64,000 nucleotides of DNA, taken from positions 4,020,783 to 4,084,782 of the forward strand of contig CM082580.2 of assembly GCA_040954595.2 (NCBI GenBank), read 5' to 3'. Every line of letters begins with the position of its first letter. Positions within the stretch are counted from its first letter, which is position 1. Both the position numbers and the translations under genes were made by a program. Positions 36,494 to 49,217 of the stretch are shown here, in pieces. Below the pieces are notes generated by a model, which was not told where the DNA came from, searched no databases, and saw nothing but the letters and a program-made list of their open reading frames with translations. Source of the DNA: Balanoglossus misakiensis. Lineage: Eukaryota; Animalia; Hemichordata.

Positions 36494-39400
36494 ATGGCAG
36501 CGCGCTGTGCACACCACGCTCGAACCGGAGTTCGAATCGCCACTGACACGTTCCCGGTGTTCACAAACTATCATGTGAGTGGAAAAGGGTACATCTTTGC
36601 CAGGAAATCGCATCAATGGTTTCTTCCAGTGGCAAGGTTTTCAAGTTTACTGAATGTTGATCTAAACGTTGTTCAGTGTCTCAAAAGTTCGCGAACTATT
36701 CGGGCAATGGGAGACACCCAATCTCAATCTGTGTCGTCTGCAACACTCAAACCGGAGAAATTCGTTCTTGGAATAGAAACAAGTTGCGACGAAACAGGAG
36801 CTGCAGTGGTAGATGGCAATGGATGTATATTAGGCGAATGCCTGTATTCTCAAAAAGAAGTTCATTTAAAGTAAGTACATGTACACTGGCATATTAGTTG
36901 CATTTCAGTAGCTCCAGGTTTTTCCAAGAGATTTTTGTGTTTAAGACTGAAAAACCAGGAAAACCTGGAGTTACTGAACTGCAGCTACACTGGCACAAGC
37001 CTGTATAGCTCAGCAAAGACGCACCGTTGAGACTCGAAGTCAATGTCGATAGGGAGCTCCCCCCCCCCCACTGGTACATGTTAAAGGCTAGCTCTGCGTG
37101 GCAGGGCTGTGTTGTTACGGCGAGCTTTTTTGTGGGTGGAGGTCTCGCCGTAACAACACAGCCCTGCCACGCAGAGCTAGTTAAAGGCCTAGTTTCAAAT
37201 CCAAGTGAAACTTTAGTGAGTAGGTGTATACGCTAGTTAAACCAGTTCAATTGTCACCAAATTAATGGGTTTTGAAACACTTATGCACAGCTCAGTGATG
37301 ACACAAAGCTGTAACATGGCATTAACTTTGACTCGTAATGTGTTTTCATTCTACATGTACTTTGAACAAGAACAGAACTGGTGGAATTATTCCTCCTGTT
37401 GCCATGGAATTGCATAAGAAGCACATTGACAGAGTGGTCCATGAAGCTTTGAAGCAGAGTAACATCACATGGCAGGTAAGATGCTCATTATTTAACATTT
37501 TATTCACTTACGGTCACGTTTATGGGCACAAAATAGCGAATATAATGTGCGTCTGAGAGATGGTCTATGAATGATGTTTAATGTATTATCTATTGGCAGG
37601 ACCTGTCAGCAATAGCAACAACTACAAGGCCAGGACTTGCCTTGTGTCTCGGTGTGGGTTTGGATTACAGCAAGCAACAAGTACAAAAGACTGGTTTACC
37701 TTTCATACCAGTTCATCACATGGAAGCACATGCATTAACCATAAGAATGGTTGAAAGGCAAGTGACAGTTTGAGAATTTATCATGTGTAAAACTTGACAG
37801 CAGTAAAATACAGTATTACTACATTCAATGTAATAGTATTTTGTCAGCAGAATAAACCAGTGAAATCAAAATATCCTGAGATCTAGACTAAATTTTCATG
37901 GCTAGGAATTTCCAAAATTGTGTAGCATTATATGATATTATTATTTTAAAATTTTTCGGAAGAAAACAAAATTTCGGAAGAATGCTAACCATTAGAAGCC
38001 ATAGTTTAGTTGTGTGGTATTGATAGCCGGGGGAATTTTCTGGCCGGCCCTCTGTCAATTCTCACAAGTGTGATTTTATGCTTGGTAAAGGATTCATTAA
38101 TACAAATTCTTAAATGGACCTTACTTTAAATTAGGAACATTACACTACATGAACCTGTACCAGTACTGGTACACACAAGGCAGTGAAGGCTTTCAATTCA
38201 AATTGATGTCCATGAAATATTGTATTCACAGTCTGTGGTAGACACGAAATCAAACCTCATTTCACCCTTTTTTTTCTCACAGAGTAGATTTCCCATTCTT
38301 AGTGTTCTTAGTATCTGGTGGTCACTGTATCCTAGCGGTTGTCCGAGGTCTTGGAGATGCCTTAATCCTTGGACAGACTTTGGATGATGCACCAGGAGAG
38401 GCTTATGACAAAGTAAGACCCAGTTTTGGTATTACAGCTTCTTTTTGTGTATTCATCACTCAGTGTCCCATCCAGGATTACATCGACAGAATATGATAAA
38501 GTAACGTCTGAATATTTCCTCTCTCGTTCATGAAAGACAGCCAGAAGGTTAAAGTTACATGAGCATCTGGATTGCCTGAATATGAGTGGAGGTCAGGCCA
38601 TTGAATTCCTGGCAACAACAGGTGATCACACAAAACTAAAAGTCAAGACGCCGCGTGTCCACAAGAAAAACTGCAACTTCTCATTTTCTGGGTTGAAGAA
38701 CTCTGTAAGACAGATAATCTCAAGGGAAGAGAATCTCCAAGGTAACGCGTGATAAATGTAGATGGAGTTCAGACTTTAGTTTTATTATCATCTCCGTTTT
38801 TATCCAATTATTCCTGTGACTCATCATTACGATGTGTCCCACAAAAAATCACCAACTTGTGTGAGAAATATGATCTCAGGTCCTTGGGAGTGTGAGATTC
38901 TATTATTCTCACACTATGATCCCACACTCTCAGCATGCCAGGAGTGTGAGAATATGTCATCTCTGATTGCTTCAAGTCTTTGCGTGCTTTGTTTGGAGAT
39001 ACCAGGATATAAATGGCAGGAATGGGGAAAATAACTTTCAGCCAGTGCAAACAAGTGCATGTGAGTCAAGAAACTAACAGATATAAATGTAATCAATCAT
39101 TTCACATTTATTGACTGAAAAATTTACCAGGGAAATTTGCATAAGAAAATGGCTACCCATAACTTTTGCATAACTACAGCATCCCTGATTTCTTCGTTCA
39201 TTCCTGCAGGTGTGGAATCAGCCCATCGCTTGAACAACATCAACGACATAGCTGCCGTATTTCAATTCAATCTGACCCACCAGATGATTAAGAAAGTGGC
39301 CAGGGCTATGATATACTCCCAACAAACAGGATTGATAACTCCTGCAAACCAAACGTTGGTAAGCAACCTTACTATGGTGAAAATGGATGGGTATGACCAA

Positions 39401-40890
39401 ATGTGGCATTTTTAGGGAAAATATTCTCAGACGTTCCAGTTTCCCCTTTATCAGGAACATGCACGCCATTTCATTCCTTTTGATAGTTCATGCTGAAGGT
39501 TAACATCTAACATCTTTAGATACAGTATAGGGACAAAATCTCTCTCTCGCTTCCTTTTTTCCAATAATTATGTTTGATACAAGGCACCGTTTATGTTATT
39601 CTACATGTGGATATTTATAGTGTATCAACATTCGACCACACACAACTTCCATCCTACTTGTAGACACGAGAGAGAAAAACTCTCCAAAATGAATAATTGG
39701 TCTCTACCGTTTATTCATTTTGGCATAATTTTTACTCTCATATCCTACAAACGGGATGGAAGCTGTATGTGGTTGAACATTGATTCTCTATATATCCACA
39801 TGTAGAATAACATAAAAGGTGTCTTGTATCAAACATAATTACCAATGCTTAAAAATGTTTATCGAGTTGCAGCAGGGTTTTAATGTTGGGTGGTCAGATC
39901 AGTGCATGTTGTAAAGTTAGTGTTGACTCCACCATTTCCTCTTGTTGCTATACACTATTCACTCAAAGAAATTCCACTTCATTTTGAACAGGTTGTATCT
40001 GGAGGAGTTGCCAGTAACACTTACATCAGAAATGCACTCAAGTACGTCAGCGACAAGTACAACTATCGTCTCATGTGTCCACCTGCCAGACTCTGCACAG
40101 ACAACGGTGTCATGATAGCTTGGGCCGGTATGGAATGGCTCAAACAGGGCAGTGGAATTGCGAGTCAACCGCAAAATCTTCAATATGAACCAAAGTAAAT
40201 ATTGCAAGTTAAAGGGACAAAGTCTTTCTCGCTGCCCTTTTTCCATTAATTATGTTTGATACAAGACACCGTGTATGTTATTCTACATGTGGGTATACCG
40301 GTATAGTGAATCAACGTTCAACCACACTCAACTTCCACCCCACTTGTAGACACAAGAGTGAAAAAACTCACCAAAATGAATAATCGTTCGTTACCATTTA
40401 TTCATTTTGGGCGAGTTTTTACTCTCATATCATACAAGCATCACCAGATGACAAACTGATGCAAATACAAGCAATATGGCTTAATGCTGAGGATTATAGA
40501 GGATAGGGAGAAGATTAGAAGTATTTTACTGTGAAAACAAAATATGTGGAATTTGGCAACTCATGTTGCTTTAAGAGAACTCCATCCTTTGGAGCAATAG
40601 TACATTTACTATCTGTGAAGTGTACACATAGATGCTTGTGTTTGTTGGATTCTATGTCTGTGTGTATACAATAGCTGATAAACACCAAATTCAAGCAATA
40701 CTGGGGAGGGGGAGGGGGGGGGGGAGAGGTGATGTTTGGTCAAGTATAAAAAAGTGTTCCCCTTAACTGTGTTGGCAGATTTTCACTGAAAATTTTGATT
40801 TGTTACAGGAGTCCATTAGGAGAAGACATCTCCAGTTCGGTTGTAGATGCAAAGATTACAGTTCCTGCTATCACATTCTGGAAAAGTTAA
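36494..40890 (+). CDS. OSGEPL1: Mitochondrial tRNA N6-threonylcarbamoyltransferase (Qri7/TsaD), 467 aa; exons 36494-36870, 37376-37475, 37600-37757, 38283-38412, 38537-38741, 39210-39358, 39992-40194, 40809-40890
   Basis: [55 protein letters not shown] and [10 protein letters not shown] motifs; Arg-rich N-terminal presequence; exon phases are consistent. Confidence 0.97.
37089..37179. mobile_element. 91-bp perfect-hairpin MITE with 9-bp TSD (GTTAAAGGC) in OSGEPL1 intron 1
   Basis: 36-bp perfect arms TAGCTCTGCGTGGCAGGGCTGTGTTGTTACGGCGAG; GTTAAAGGC at 37080-37088 and 37180-37188. Confidence 0.85.
39528..39840. mobile_element. MITE family A copy in OSGEPL1 intron 6
   Basis: Both arms present around the GGTCTCTACCG loop. 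Confidence 0.8.
40209..40438. mobile_element. MITE family A copy in OSGEPL1 intron 7
   Basis: Starts TTAAAGGGACAAAGTC, about 14 nt after the exon 7 donor. Confidence 0.8.
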
Positions 40891-41495
40891 TATATATGCT
40901 ATGTGGATCGTGTACATTTTGTAAATTTATGTAAAATATTGTACAATCATTGATTAAAAATCTCTTTATTTTAAACGAAATATTGTTCTTCTGTGCATGA
41001 CTGTGTATAGTGTATTTATGGCTACAAATCCAATAGGGTTACGTTTATATAAGTGTCACTGTCGGTCTGTTATAATATGTACCGAGTGTTCATTTTGTGA
41101 GTTTTTTGTGCTTTCTAATAAGAAAACATCTTTATTCAGAAGTGTGAGTGAAGTTTGTGTGATTTAATTGCTGGCTTGCATAAAACCGGGAGGATGGCAA
41201 TAACCATATACATGTAGATGACAGGTAGCTTCAATGGCTGCTATGCTGAAACCCTATTGTATAGCGCAAGTACTGGGTTATTATGAATTATTTGTGCACA
41301 TTTTGGAATAATCTTTAGCTTTTTATGGAGAATTTATGTTATAAGAGATATTCACGTAAAAAATTGGGTTGATTTGAACTCGCTTGGCCCCCTAAAATTG
41401 GTGTTAATAGCCTCGGCCGCACGGCTGTGTATATTTCCACCCCCGGGTGTCAATAGACTCGCCCAAAGTTATTTTTAGATATTGCTCGTCGAAGC

Positions 41496-41570
41496 TCCTG
41501 ATTGGTTGATAAAAATAGCAACTGTCTTGGTATATAAAGTACAGAAACATGGCGGGGATATATAAAGAGA
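41496..41570 (+). promoter_or_regulatory. CCAAT box plus double TATA promoter of the Ubl-vWA gene
   Basis: CTGATTGG at about 41498; TATATAAAG at 41531 and again at 41559; ATG at 41658. Confidence 0.55.
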
Positions 41571-41657
41571 CTCGGCTTTGGATGTCCCAATCAACATATA
41601 GCGCCAACAGAACTGCTGGAGTTAGCTTGCGTAAACGACATCAAGACAAGAAGAAAC

Positions 41658-44600
41658 ATGGCTTCCCCTTTGGTTGACGTTTATGTAAAATTGACAAGCG
41701 GAAGAGTTGTCACTTTCGAAATGTTGCCATCCACGACGGTCTCAGAGATATATAAGCGAGTAGCTGACGAAGAAAAGGTGTCAGACAACAGAGTTGTGTT
41801 AAGATACACTGGCAAAATTGTGAAGAAACAACACACGATCGAATATCTGGGGATATGCAAAGAAACCATTCTAAAATCACAGGTAAGCGTGCTTGTGCGT
41901 GCGTGCGTACGATGTTGCTTGTGCATTGTAGAACTGGGAGTTGGAATGACGCCCCCAACGAAAAAATGTGGACAGTCTTTTCTTTTTTCGAACTTGACAT
42001 TTCAAGTGGTGGACTTCTGCCAAGCTCTAGATGGACACCACAGAATTATAGCCAAATAAAAGTGAAGTCTGCAGATTTTTAACTGCATGAACCTTTTACA
42101 GTCAAACCTGTCTATAGTGACCAGTCAAGGGACTTTACCAAACTGGCCTTTATAGACAGGTGGTCTTTATAGACAGGTTAATTTATACACATGTAAATTG
42201 TACAGGGACTGTAACTAAGTGGCCACTATATAGAGGTGGTCACTATATAGAGGTGGTCACTAACACAGGTTTGACTGTAATAGAAAATAGCCTAATACAT
42301 CAAGACAACGTATTTCAAATGTTTTTTCTGTGATAACTTAATTTATGGAAGCCACACCTTCCAAAAACCTCAACAGTTCTGCCAATTTTATTGACTCTGG
42401 TTTCCAGCAGAAATTAAAAGTTTTTTTTATGTTCATCCAACTCTAGGTACTGACACTGAGATCGATGACAATCATGGTGAAATCTGAAACAGGTTGTACT
42501 ATCCCGATGACAGTGAACAATTTGACGACTCTGTCGGAAGTCAAGGATCACATGCAAGTTCAGCATGGTACAGCACCTCATTTGCAGATACTGAAGGTAT
42601 GCCACATTGTCATATAGGCGAGAAAATGAATCAGAATTGTGATCATTTTATTAACTAGTAGTGGATTATGAGCTTCTGTACGTGGTATTTACAATAGTCA
42701 CTGATCCCAAGAGCTTGTCCAATGATGCATGTTGGTGTTATTGTGGGCAAGTTTAGTTTTTTTCTTTCACAATCAAAAACATACTGACCCATATTGTGCA
42801 TTGCAAAAACAGGGTGATCCTTCCCCCCCCCCCCCAAATATTGGTCACTAATATATTGATTATTCTTGTGCATTTCAGCTGTCTGGAGTTGTTCTTCAAC
42901 CCAACTCTGATAATCTTGAAAATTTGGGTGTCAAAGATGAAGATATCTTACAGCTCACTATCCGAGAGGTTAGAGAAGACACAAGTTCCCCGACAGAAGT
43001 GGAAAATGAAGAACTTGATGAAGAGACAAAGCAGGTAATTTTCGATTCAAAGTTATTCATTTTATCAACAGAAGAATTTGTATGAGGTTTGTGCTGTTAT
43101 GTCATAGTCGCCACAGCCAGACCCATTAATTAAGCTTTAGAGTTCATCACATATTCATCATACAAACCCGCTGATCCATAAGTTTATCCTACTTGACAGG
43201 AATTACTGAATAATTTTGCTGCTGGTTTGACATCGGACAAAGCTGTTGAAGTGGTGTTCTCATTTGACACAACTGGCAGTATGTATTCTTGCCTTCAACG
43301 GGTAAGTAACATTACCAGCTCACATTGGGTTTATTGGGTTTATCTGGTTTTGAATAGGTACTGTTTGGTTTTACAACGAGGCCAGTTAATGCCAGTAGAT
43401 TAAAAGTACATATTTTATGTAGTTTTAAAAGACTGATTTAATTGACATTTATACGTCTTTTAATTAAACCTTTTTTATTTTCAAAAATATTGTAAACTAA
43501 AATTGCATCTTGTAGGTGAGAGAAAAGCTGGATGATGCAGTGAGAAAACTACTGAGGGATATTCCACAGATAAGGATAGGAATCATCGCACATGGAGATT
43601 ACTGTGATTACAGTAATTACGTCATCAAAACTTGTGACTTGAGCTCCGACGTTGACAAGTTGGTGAAATTTGTCAATGATGTGCCTCGTACAGGTGGAGG
43701 AGATTCACCAGAGGTAAGGCTTTATTCACAATCTGGCAAACAGACAAACATACACACATTAAAATGACTGTGGTTTCATAATTGTGCTACACATTGCGTG
43801 ATTTGTTTTGGTTTGTAGCCAAGAATCCTGCTACAATGCTGACGAATAAGTAGAAGTTTTTTGGAGAAATTAGTCACTGTGTAACAGTTGCCTCTTTTGA
43901 TATCGCGAAAATTTTATGTCACCAAAATTTCCAGTTTAGAGTAGTAGACAGTATGTATGACTGGAATTTTATCACTTGCCCACCACATTGGACTTTCTCA
44001 CCACTTCACAGTTTAGTTTTCTTGTCACCAGTATTTTGTATGTGAGATTTTCAAAGATTTAATATCTTGGTCTTGGATTTATTTTTCAGTGCTATGAGTG
44101 GGTATTGAGATATGCACAGAGACTGGACTGGAGTCCAAATTCAGCCAAAGCCTTGGTTGTCATTGGTGATGACCTGCCGCACCCAGTGTCTTTTACCGAT
44201 CAAAATGTGAATTGGCATGATGAGCTTATCAAACTTAAAGACAAGGGAATTAAGGTAATGTTCGTATGAGTTCAATCATGATTGTAACAATTTTCAGGTT
44301 TCATATTAGGCCGAGTCTATTGACACCCCTTCAAAGTCAGCAACCTGGCCCAATGGCTTTAGTTACAACCTGCGTGATTAAACACCTATTTTGCAACATA
44401 CAGCCACAATCGAATGTTGATGAGATGTTCATGTATATCAGTAAGCTTATTTCGATGTAACAATCTAAAAAGTTGGCAGCTCTAGAGGCTCTAAGTACAC
44501 CAAATTTTAACTTTGAAATGTTTGTATATTTTGTCCCCCTGCAACACAGGTTTATGGCGTGAAAGCCCAGAATAACAACTATTCTACTCCATTCTATGAA

Positions 44601-46721
44601 GAGATGGCAGAGCAGACGGGCGGGGCTTACATCCAATTCAAACACTTCTCCCTGATCACTGATATGTTCCTGGCAGGTATTTACAAAAACAAATCCTTTT
44701 GTTGTGAACCTCACTTCGAATACTGTAAAACGGGTTATTTTCGCGACAGGAAATTGTCGCGAAATCAAAAGAGGTAACTGTTACGGGAGGATTAATTTTC
44801 ACTTTCGCTTATTCCTCTGCATCAGTATCTCAAAAAACAACATTTTTACGCGACTTTTTATTTTAGCATTTTTTTGGGGCCCTTGTGTATTCACGTATTA
44901 TTGCTCGTGAAAATAACACGTTTTACAGTATATTGAGAATAAAAATGCTGCAAGGTTATGAGAACAATAAGCCCAGGCGTTTTGCCACAGTACGGAAACT
45001 ATTGATGTCAAATAAAACAGCAAATGAAGATAGCATATTGTGGAGATGATTTAAGACTTCATAAATTTTCCATTTTTTCAGTTTGTTACAAGGAGTCTGG
45101 AGAGGGGCAACTGAACGCATTCTGTGAAGAAGTGAAAATTGAAGGTAGAATGACAGAAGATATGGCGGAAATATTCCAACAACTTGAAGAAAAACCCAAG
45201 ATGGATGATGGTGGAGGCAGTGGTCAAGAAGAAAAAGTAAAGAAATTATTCATGAATTTTTTGCACTTCATATTTATAAATCTTGTGAGAATTTGTGAGC
45301 ATAAAGAGGAAAGAGAGAGAATCAATTCATGTAACTTTAATCAGGCTGATATCTCAAAAAAGTAAATATTTCCACCGCCAAACCAACTTTGATCCACATC
45401 CCTGCATACATGTATCTCAGAGAAAAAGTGCCTTCACACATTTTGCAGTGTTTTACGACTACACTTCATGCCACAGTCCAATTACTTTAATAAGGTCATC
45501 TTTTGTCATTCTTGTTAATCTGTGCATGGCTATCCCGAAATGTAAACACAGTGGTTACAAGATTCAGTGCTTTCACACCAGTCGCACAGAAAATCCTGAT
45601 GACAAGTTGAAATATGTCTGTTCAAACCTGGTTGAAATTAAGTGAATGTCTGATGATCCCTCGCAATATTGTTGGGAAATGGAAAATCTGGAAAAAGTGA
45701 TCTTAAACTGCTTATATAACCATCATGATTTCCACTATTTGTTCTGTTGGTTTTAGCCGTTATACTCATTCCAATATCTTCTCTGTGTTGATTTCAGCAA
45801 CGCCGCTATGTGAGAGAAGGTTGGTGGGATCCGGCATTGGACCGTGGTTCTGTCCGATACTGTTACAATGCAAAGAATGATAAATGGACTGTGCCAACAG
45901 CACGTTCCAGACAATCGGTGTCTTCGCACTCACCTTCATCCTTTCATTCGCTTCCTGGCACATGTAAGTACTGCTAGATACCTACTACTGTAAAGCGGGT
46001 TATTTTTGCGACAGGAAATTTTCGTGATATCAGAAGAGGCAACTGTTACGTGAGGATTAATTTTCGCATTCTCGTATTTCACTAACTGCATTGTTATCTA
46101 CGGAAAACATTTTATGCGACTTTATATTTTCACTTTTTCTGGCTCTCGCGTATTTCACGAAAAATTAGTGCTCGCGAAAATAACCCGTTTTACAGTACCT
46201 TCCTATACTATAGTAGCCAACTTTAATACTACCTATGTATTACCCAGTAACTTGAACTTTTGCCGATTTTTTCGGCATTTTTCTCCCATCTATCAACTCT
46301 GGATACAGAAATGACTTTGTAACAGTATTGCATTGAAAGACAAAATATTGATAAGATAACATATTCCTATATTGCTTATATTTTTAATATAGATTTTTTT
46401 CAAAACACACAAGTTCATTCAGGTCTTATTTGGTTATTGGAAACTAATTGAAGTCTGAGTGTCATTCCATGCACACTTACTGGACCAGACTTGCTTTCTG
46501 AGTTCAGTCTAATTTAAATTGATTTTCCAGTATGAAAACACACAGAAACACCATACGTGACATTTCAGTATTAAATGATTGCTTGTCCTCTTTCTCATTC
46601 AGGTGATGGATTGAAAACATCAAAACGAAGATTTTCTCTGAGGAAATCCAGGACACACAAATCATCCGGCTCGAGAACTGTGACAGCAACAAGAGACAAG
46701 AAGGCCTGTGTTATCCAGTGA
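41658..46721 (+). CDS. Uncharacterised ~520-aa protein: two ubiquitin-like domains, vWA domain, basic tail and CaaX; exons 41658-41882, 42447-42596, 42879-43034, 43200-43301, 43516-43713, 44090-44254, 44550-44676, 45082-45236, 45798-45963, 46603-46721
   Basis: Ten GT-AG exons join in frame (521 codons including the stop). Ubl1 VYVKLTSGRVVTFEMLPSTTVSEI...LRYTGK...LGI; Ubl2 IMVKSETG...QILKLSGVVL...LENLGVKDEDILQL; vWA VVFSFDTTGSM, IAHGDYCD, TGGGDSPE, LVVIGDDLPH, MAEQTGG; ends KKACVIQ*. Confidence 0.9.
42097..42279. mobile_element. TA-flanked pogo/Tigger-like MITE with internal subrepeats
   Basis: TACAGTCAAACCTGT...ACAGGTTTGACTGTA; internal repeats TTATAGACAGGT and GGTCACTATATAGAGGT. Confidence 0.8.
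44721..44930. mobile_element. TA-flanked MITE family D (Tc1/mariner-like)
   Basis: TACTGTAAAACGGGTTATTTTCGCGA...TCGTGAAAATAACACGTTTTACAGTA; other copies at 45986-46197 and 56932-57140. Confidence 0.8.
45986..46197. mobile_element. MITE family D copy
   Basis: Same TIRs and body as 44721-44930. Confidence 0.8.
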
Positions 46722-48866
46722 GCCATGTGTGTTACATGCGGCCTGCACCAATTTTTTATAGACACATTTTCCCTTGAAGACAATGAGTAACCCCCACAAA
46801 CCGTACACAATCGGAAAGCAGGGTATCTTACCTTCACTTCTGTATGGTTAGTTTTACTCAAAACAAGAAATTGATACTTTTCAAAGCTTAAAACCTCATT
46901 TGGTATTCTTAACTTTGCAAGTTGATGATGCTTTGTAAAAGTTCATATCTTATTCAAAACAAGAGCTCACATTGAAAGATAATTGAATATTTTGTTTTGT
47001 CTTACCTGCTATAGTGTATGAAATATCAAATTGGAAAAAAAATTAAAATCAGCAGCATACATGTATTCTTGTCAGAAAATAGAATAATATGGCTATACTC
47101 AGCTAATTTGAATAATTAAGGAATGATAACAGTGACACATGGAAAAAAAAGTTATATGATGGCCTGTCATTTGTTATTTTCACCAAGGCCTGTTTCCTAT
47201 GTGTCAGCAAAAGACAAACCATCGCATCTGATAGTATAACATTTGACAAATTATCGTCGTTTAGACTGCATTGTGCCCCCCCCCCCATCCCATCACAGTA
47301 TGATTATCTGGTACAAGATGCTTCAATGATACCCTAAACATCTTTTTCAGTTCATGTAAATCAGACTGTCAGTTATACCTTTGTAATGCTATGAGTTCTT
47401 GAAGATACTTGTATGTTACAAGTAAGAAAGAAGTTAATAGCAAATGTAAATACAATTTTGGATTTTTTTATGTTTGGTTGCCCTTTTAAAAGATGTTTTC
47501 TAGTCTAAGCACGATCATGGTTTCACTAACAACAGATTTACATTTGAGAAATTTACACAATGTATACAAGAACACTTTCATATTTTTAATTTCTATTTAC
47601 AGTAGTTATTGTTAATGGAAGTACATTGGATTTTTTTAACTTGACTGTAAAGCAGTGTTTTGGCAGATAAATAAATATTTGCTTCTACCTATGAGAAAGG
47701 AGTCCTGTCAATTCTAAAATTTGTGATTGAAAGCGGGTTTCCTGCTAATTTTGAATATACACATGTACATGTAATCTTATCGAAGGAGACAAATTTGATG
47801 TTCTCATGGGTAAAGTTCAGTGAAACTTGTGTAAACCAAACACCAACAGGACTGAAAAAAACTTCGGTTGGCAGAGTTGTCAAGTTATTTACTGTCACTG
47901 TGTGTGCTGCCACCACCACCACCACCGCACCACTTATCAACTTACTTTTGTTTTTCTGGTCCGCCGCTGGTGGCGCGCATACCTGCAGCTGACCATGTGA
48001 TTGCCATGTGATTACTATCTATCCAATCAGACGCTGCTCCTGGGCGGCCCATTTCATGTTTCACTCATAAACCACAAACTGTGTGTTGTCAAGACTGTGT
48101 ATGGACCAGACCTGTGTATGTATGTAGTTCAGTCTAATACGGAAATGTTACACACTACAGCAGGATCAGTATCGACTTTCCACAGCCTTGTGTGACCACC
48201 AGTAGCATGGGAATCGACGGGATGTACGCATTTCGCTGTGGAACGGAAATACCCACACATAATCATTAAACGATTTTCTTCAGGTGAGTTCACAGATATA
48301 CAATCATAAAATACATGTTGATCACATTATACCTGTGTTGATAATTCAGAGTACTGTATATCGCTGTCGAACATTTTCTCGTGGTCCTAGTCGTATTTCT
48401 GCTGAATACTGCGATTTACCCATTTCAGACCCGTCGATAGCCAAGTACCTGATCGATCTGTAACATCGATATTTTACGTAACTAATAAAACCGAGAAAAT
48501 AATTCGGCGGCGGTGCAGGCTTTTGTAGTGCCGTACAATAGAGAGGTGTGAATGCTAACTGGTTACCGGTATGTAGGTACAGACGCTCACGATTGTTAGG
48601 GTACTAGTCTAGATCACAGTCCTTCCACGGGACCGTGTCTAGATATACCATTTTAGTGTGAGCTGCTTATGTGACGGTTTACATGTAATCAGAAAATGGA
48701 GCGGAGATTATTAACCATGAATATACATAATAATGAAATAACAACAATTAAGACAGTCGGTAGCAGTTAACTGTCACTCTGGAATGTGGTGTAACCCCCC
48801 CCCCCCACACACACACACACAAGCAGAGACGTACACATGTATGTCATAATTCCAATGGTATCGCTG

Positions 48867-49217
48867 TTTAAGGGACAATTGTCTCTCTCTGGCTGCCCCT
48901 TTTCCATTAATTATATTTGATACAAGACACCATTTATGTTATTCTACATGTGGATATATATAATGAATCAACGTTCAACCACACACACCTACGTTTGTAG
49001 GATATGAAAGTAAAAATCTCGCCCAAATGAATAAATGGAAAACACCGATTATTCATTTTGGCGAGTTTTTCACTCTTGTGTGTACAGGTGGGATGGAAGT
49101 TGTGTGTGGTCGAATGTTGATTCACTACATATCCACATGTAGAATAACATAAACAGTGTCTTGTGTCAAACATAATTAATGGAAAACAGCAGCAAGAGAG
49201 AGACTTTGTCCCTTTAA
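48867..49217. mobile_element. Foldback MITE family A (TTAA-AGGGAC...GTCCCT-TTAA, Kolobok-like), full-length copy
   Basis: About 350 bp, almost entirely an imperfect inverted repeat, TTAA at both ends with purine termini. Related copies are listed separately. Confidence 0.85.
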
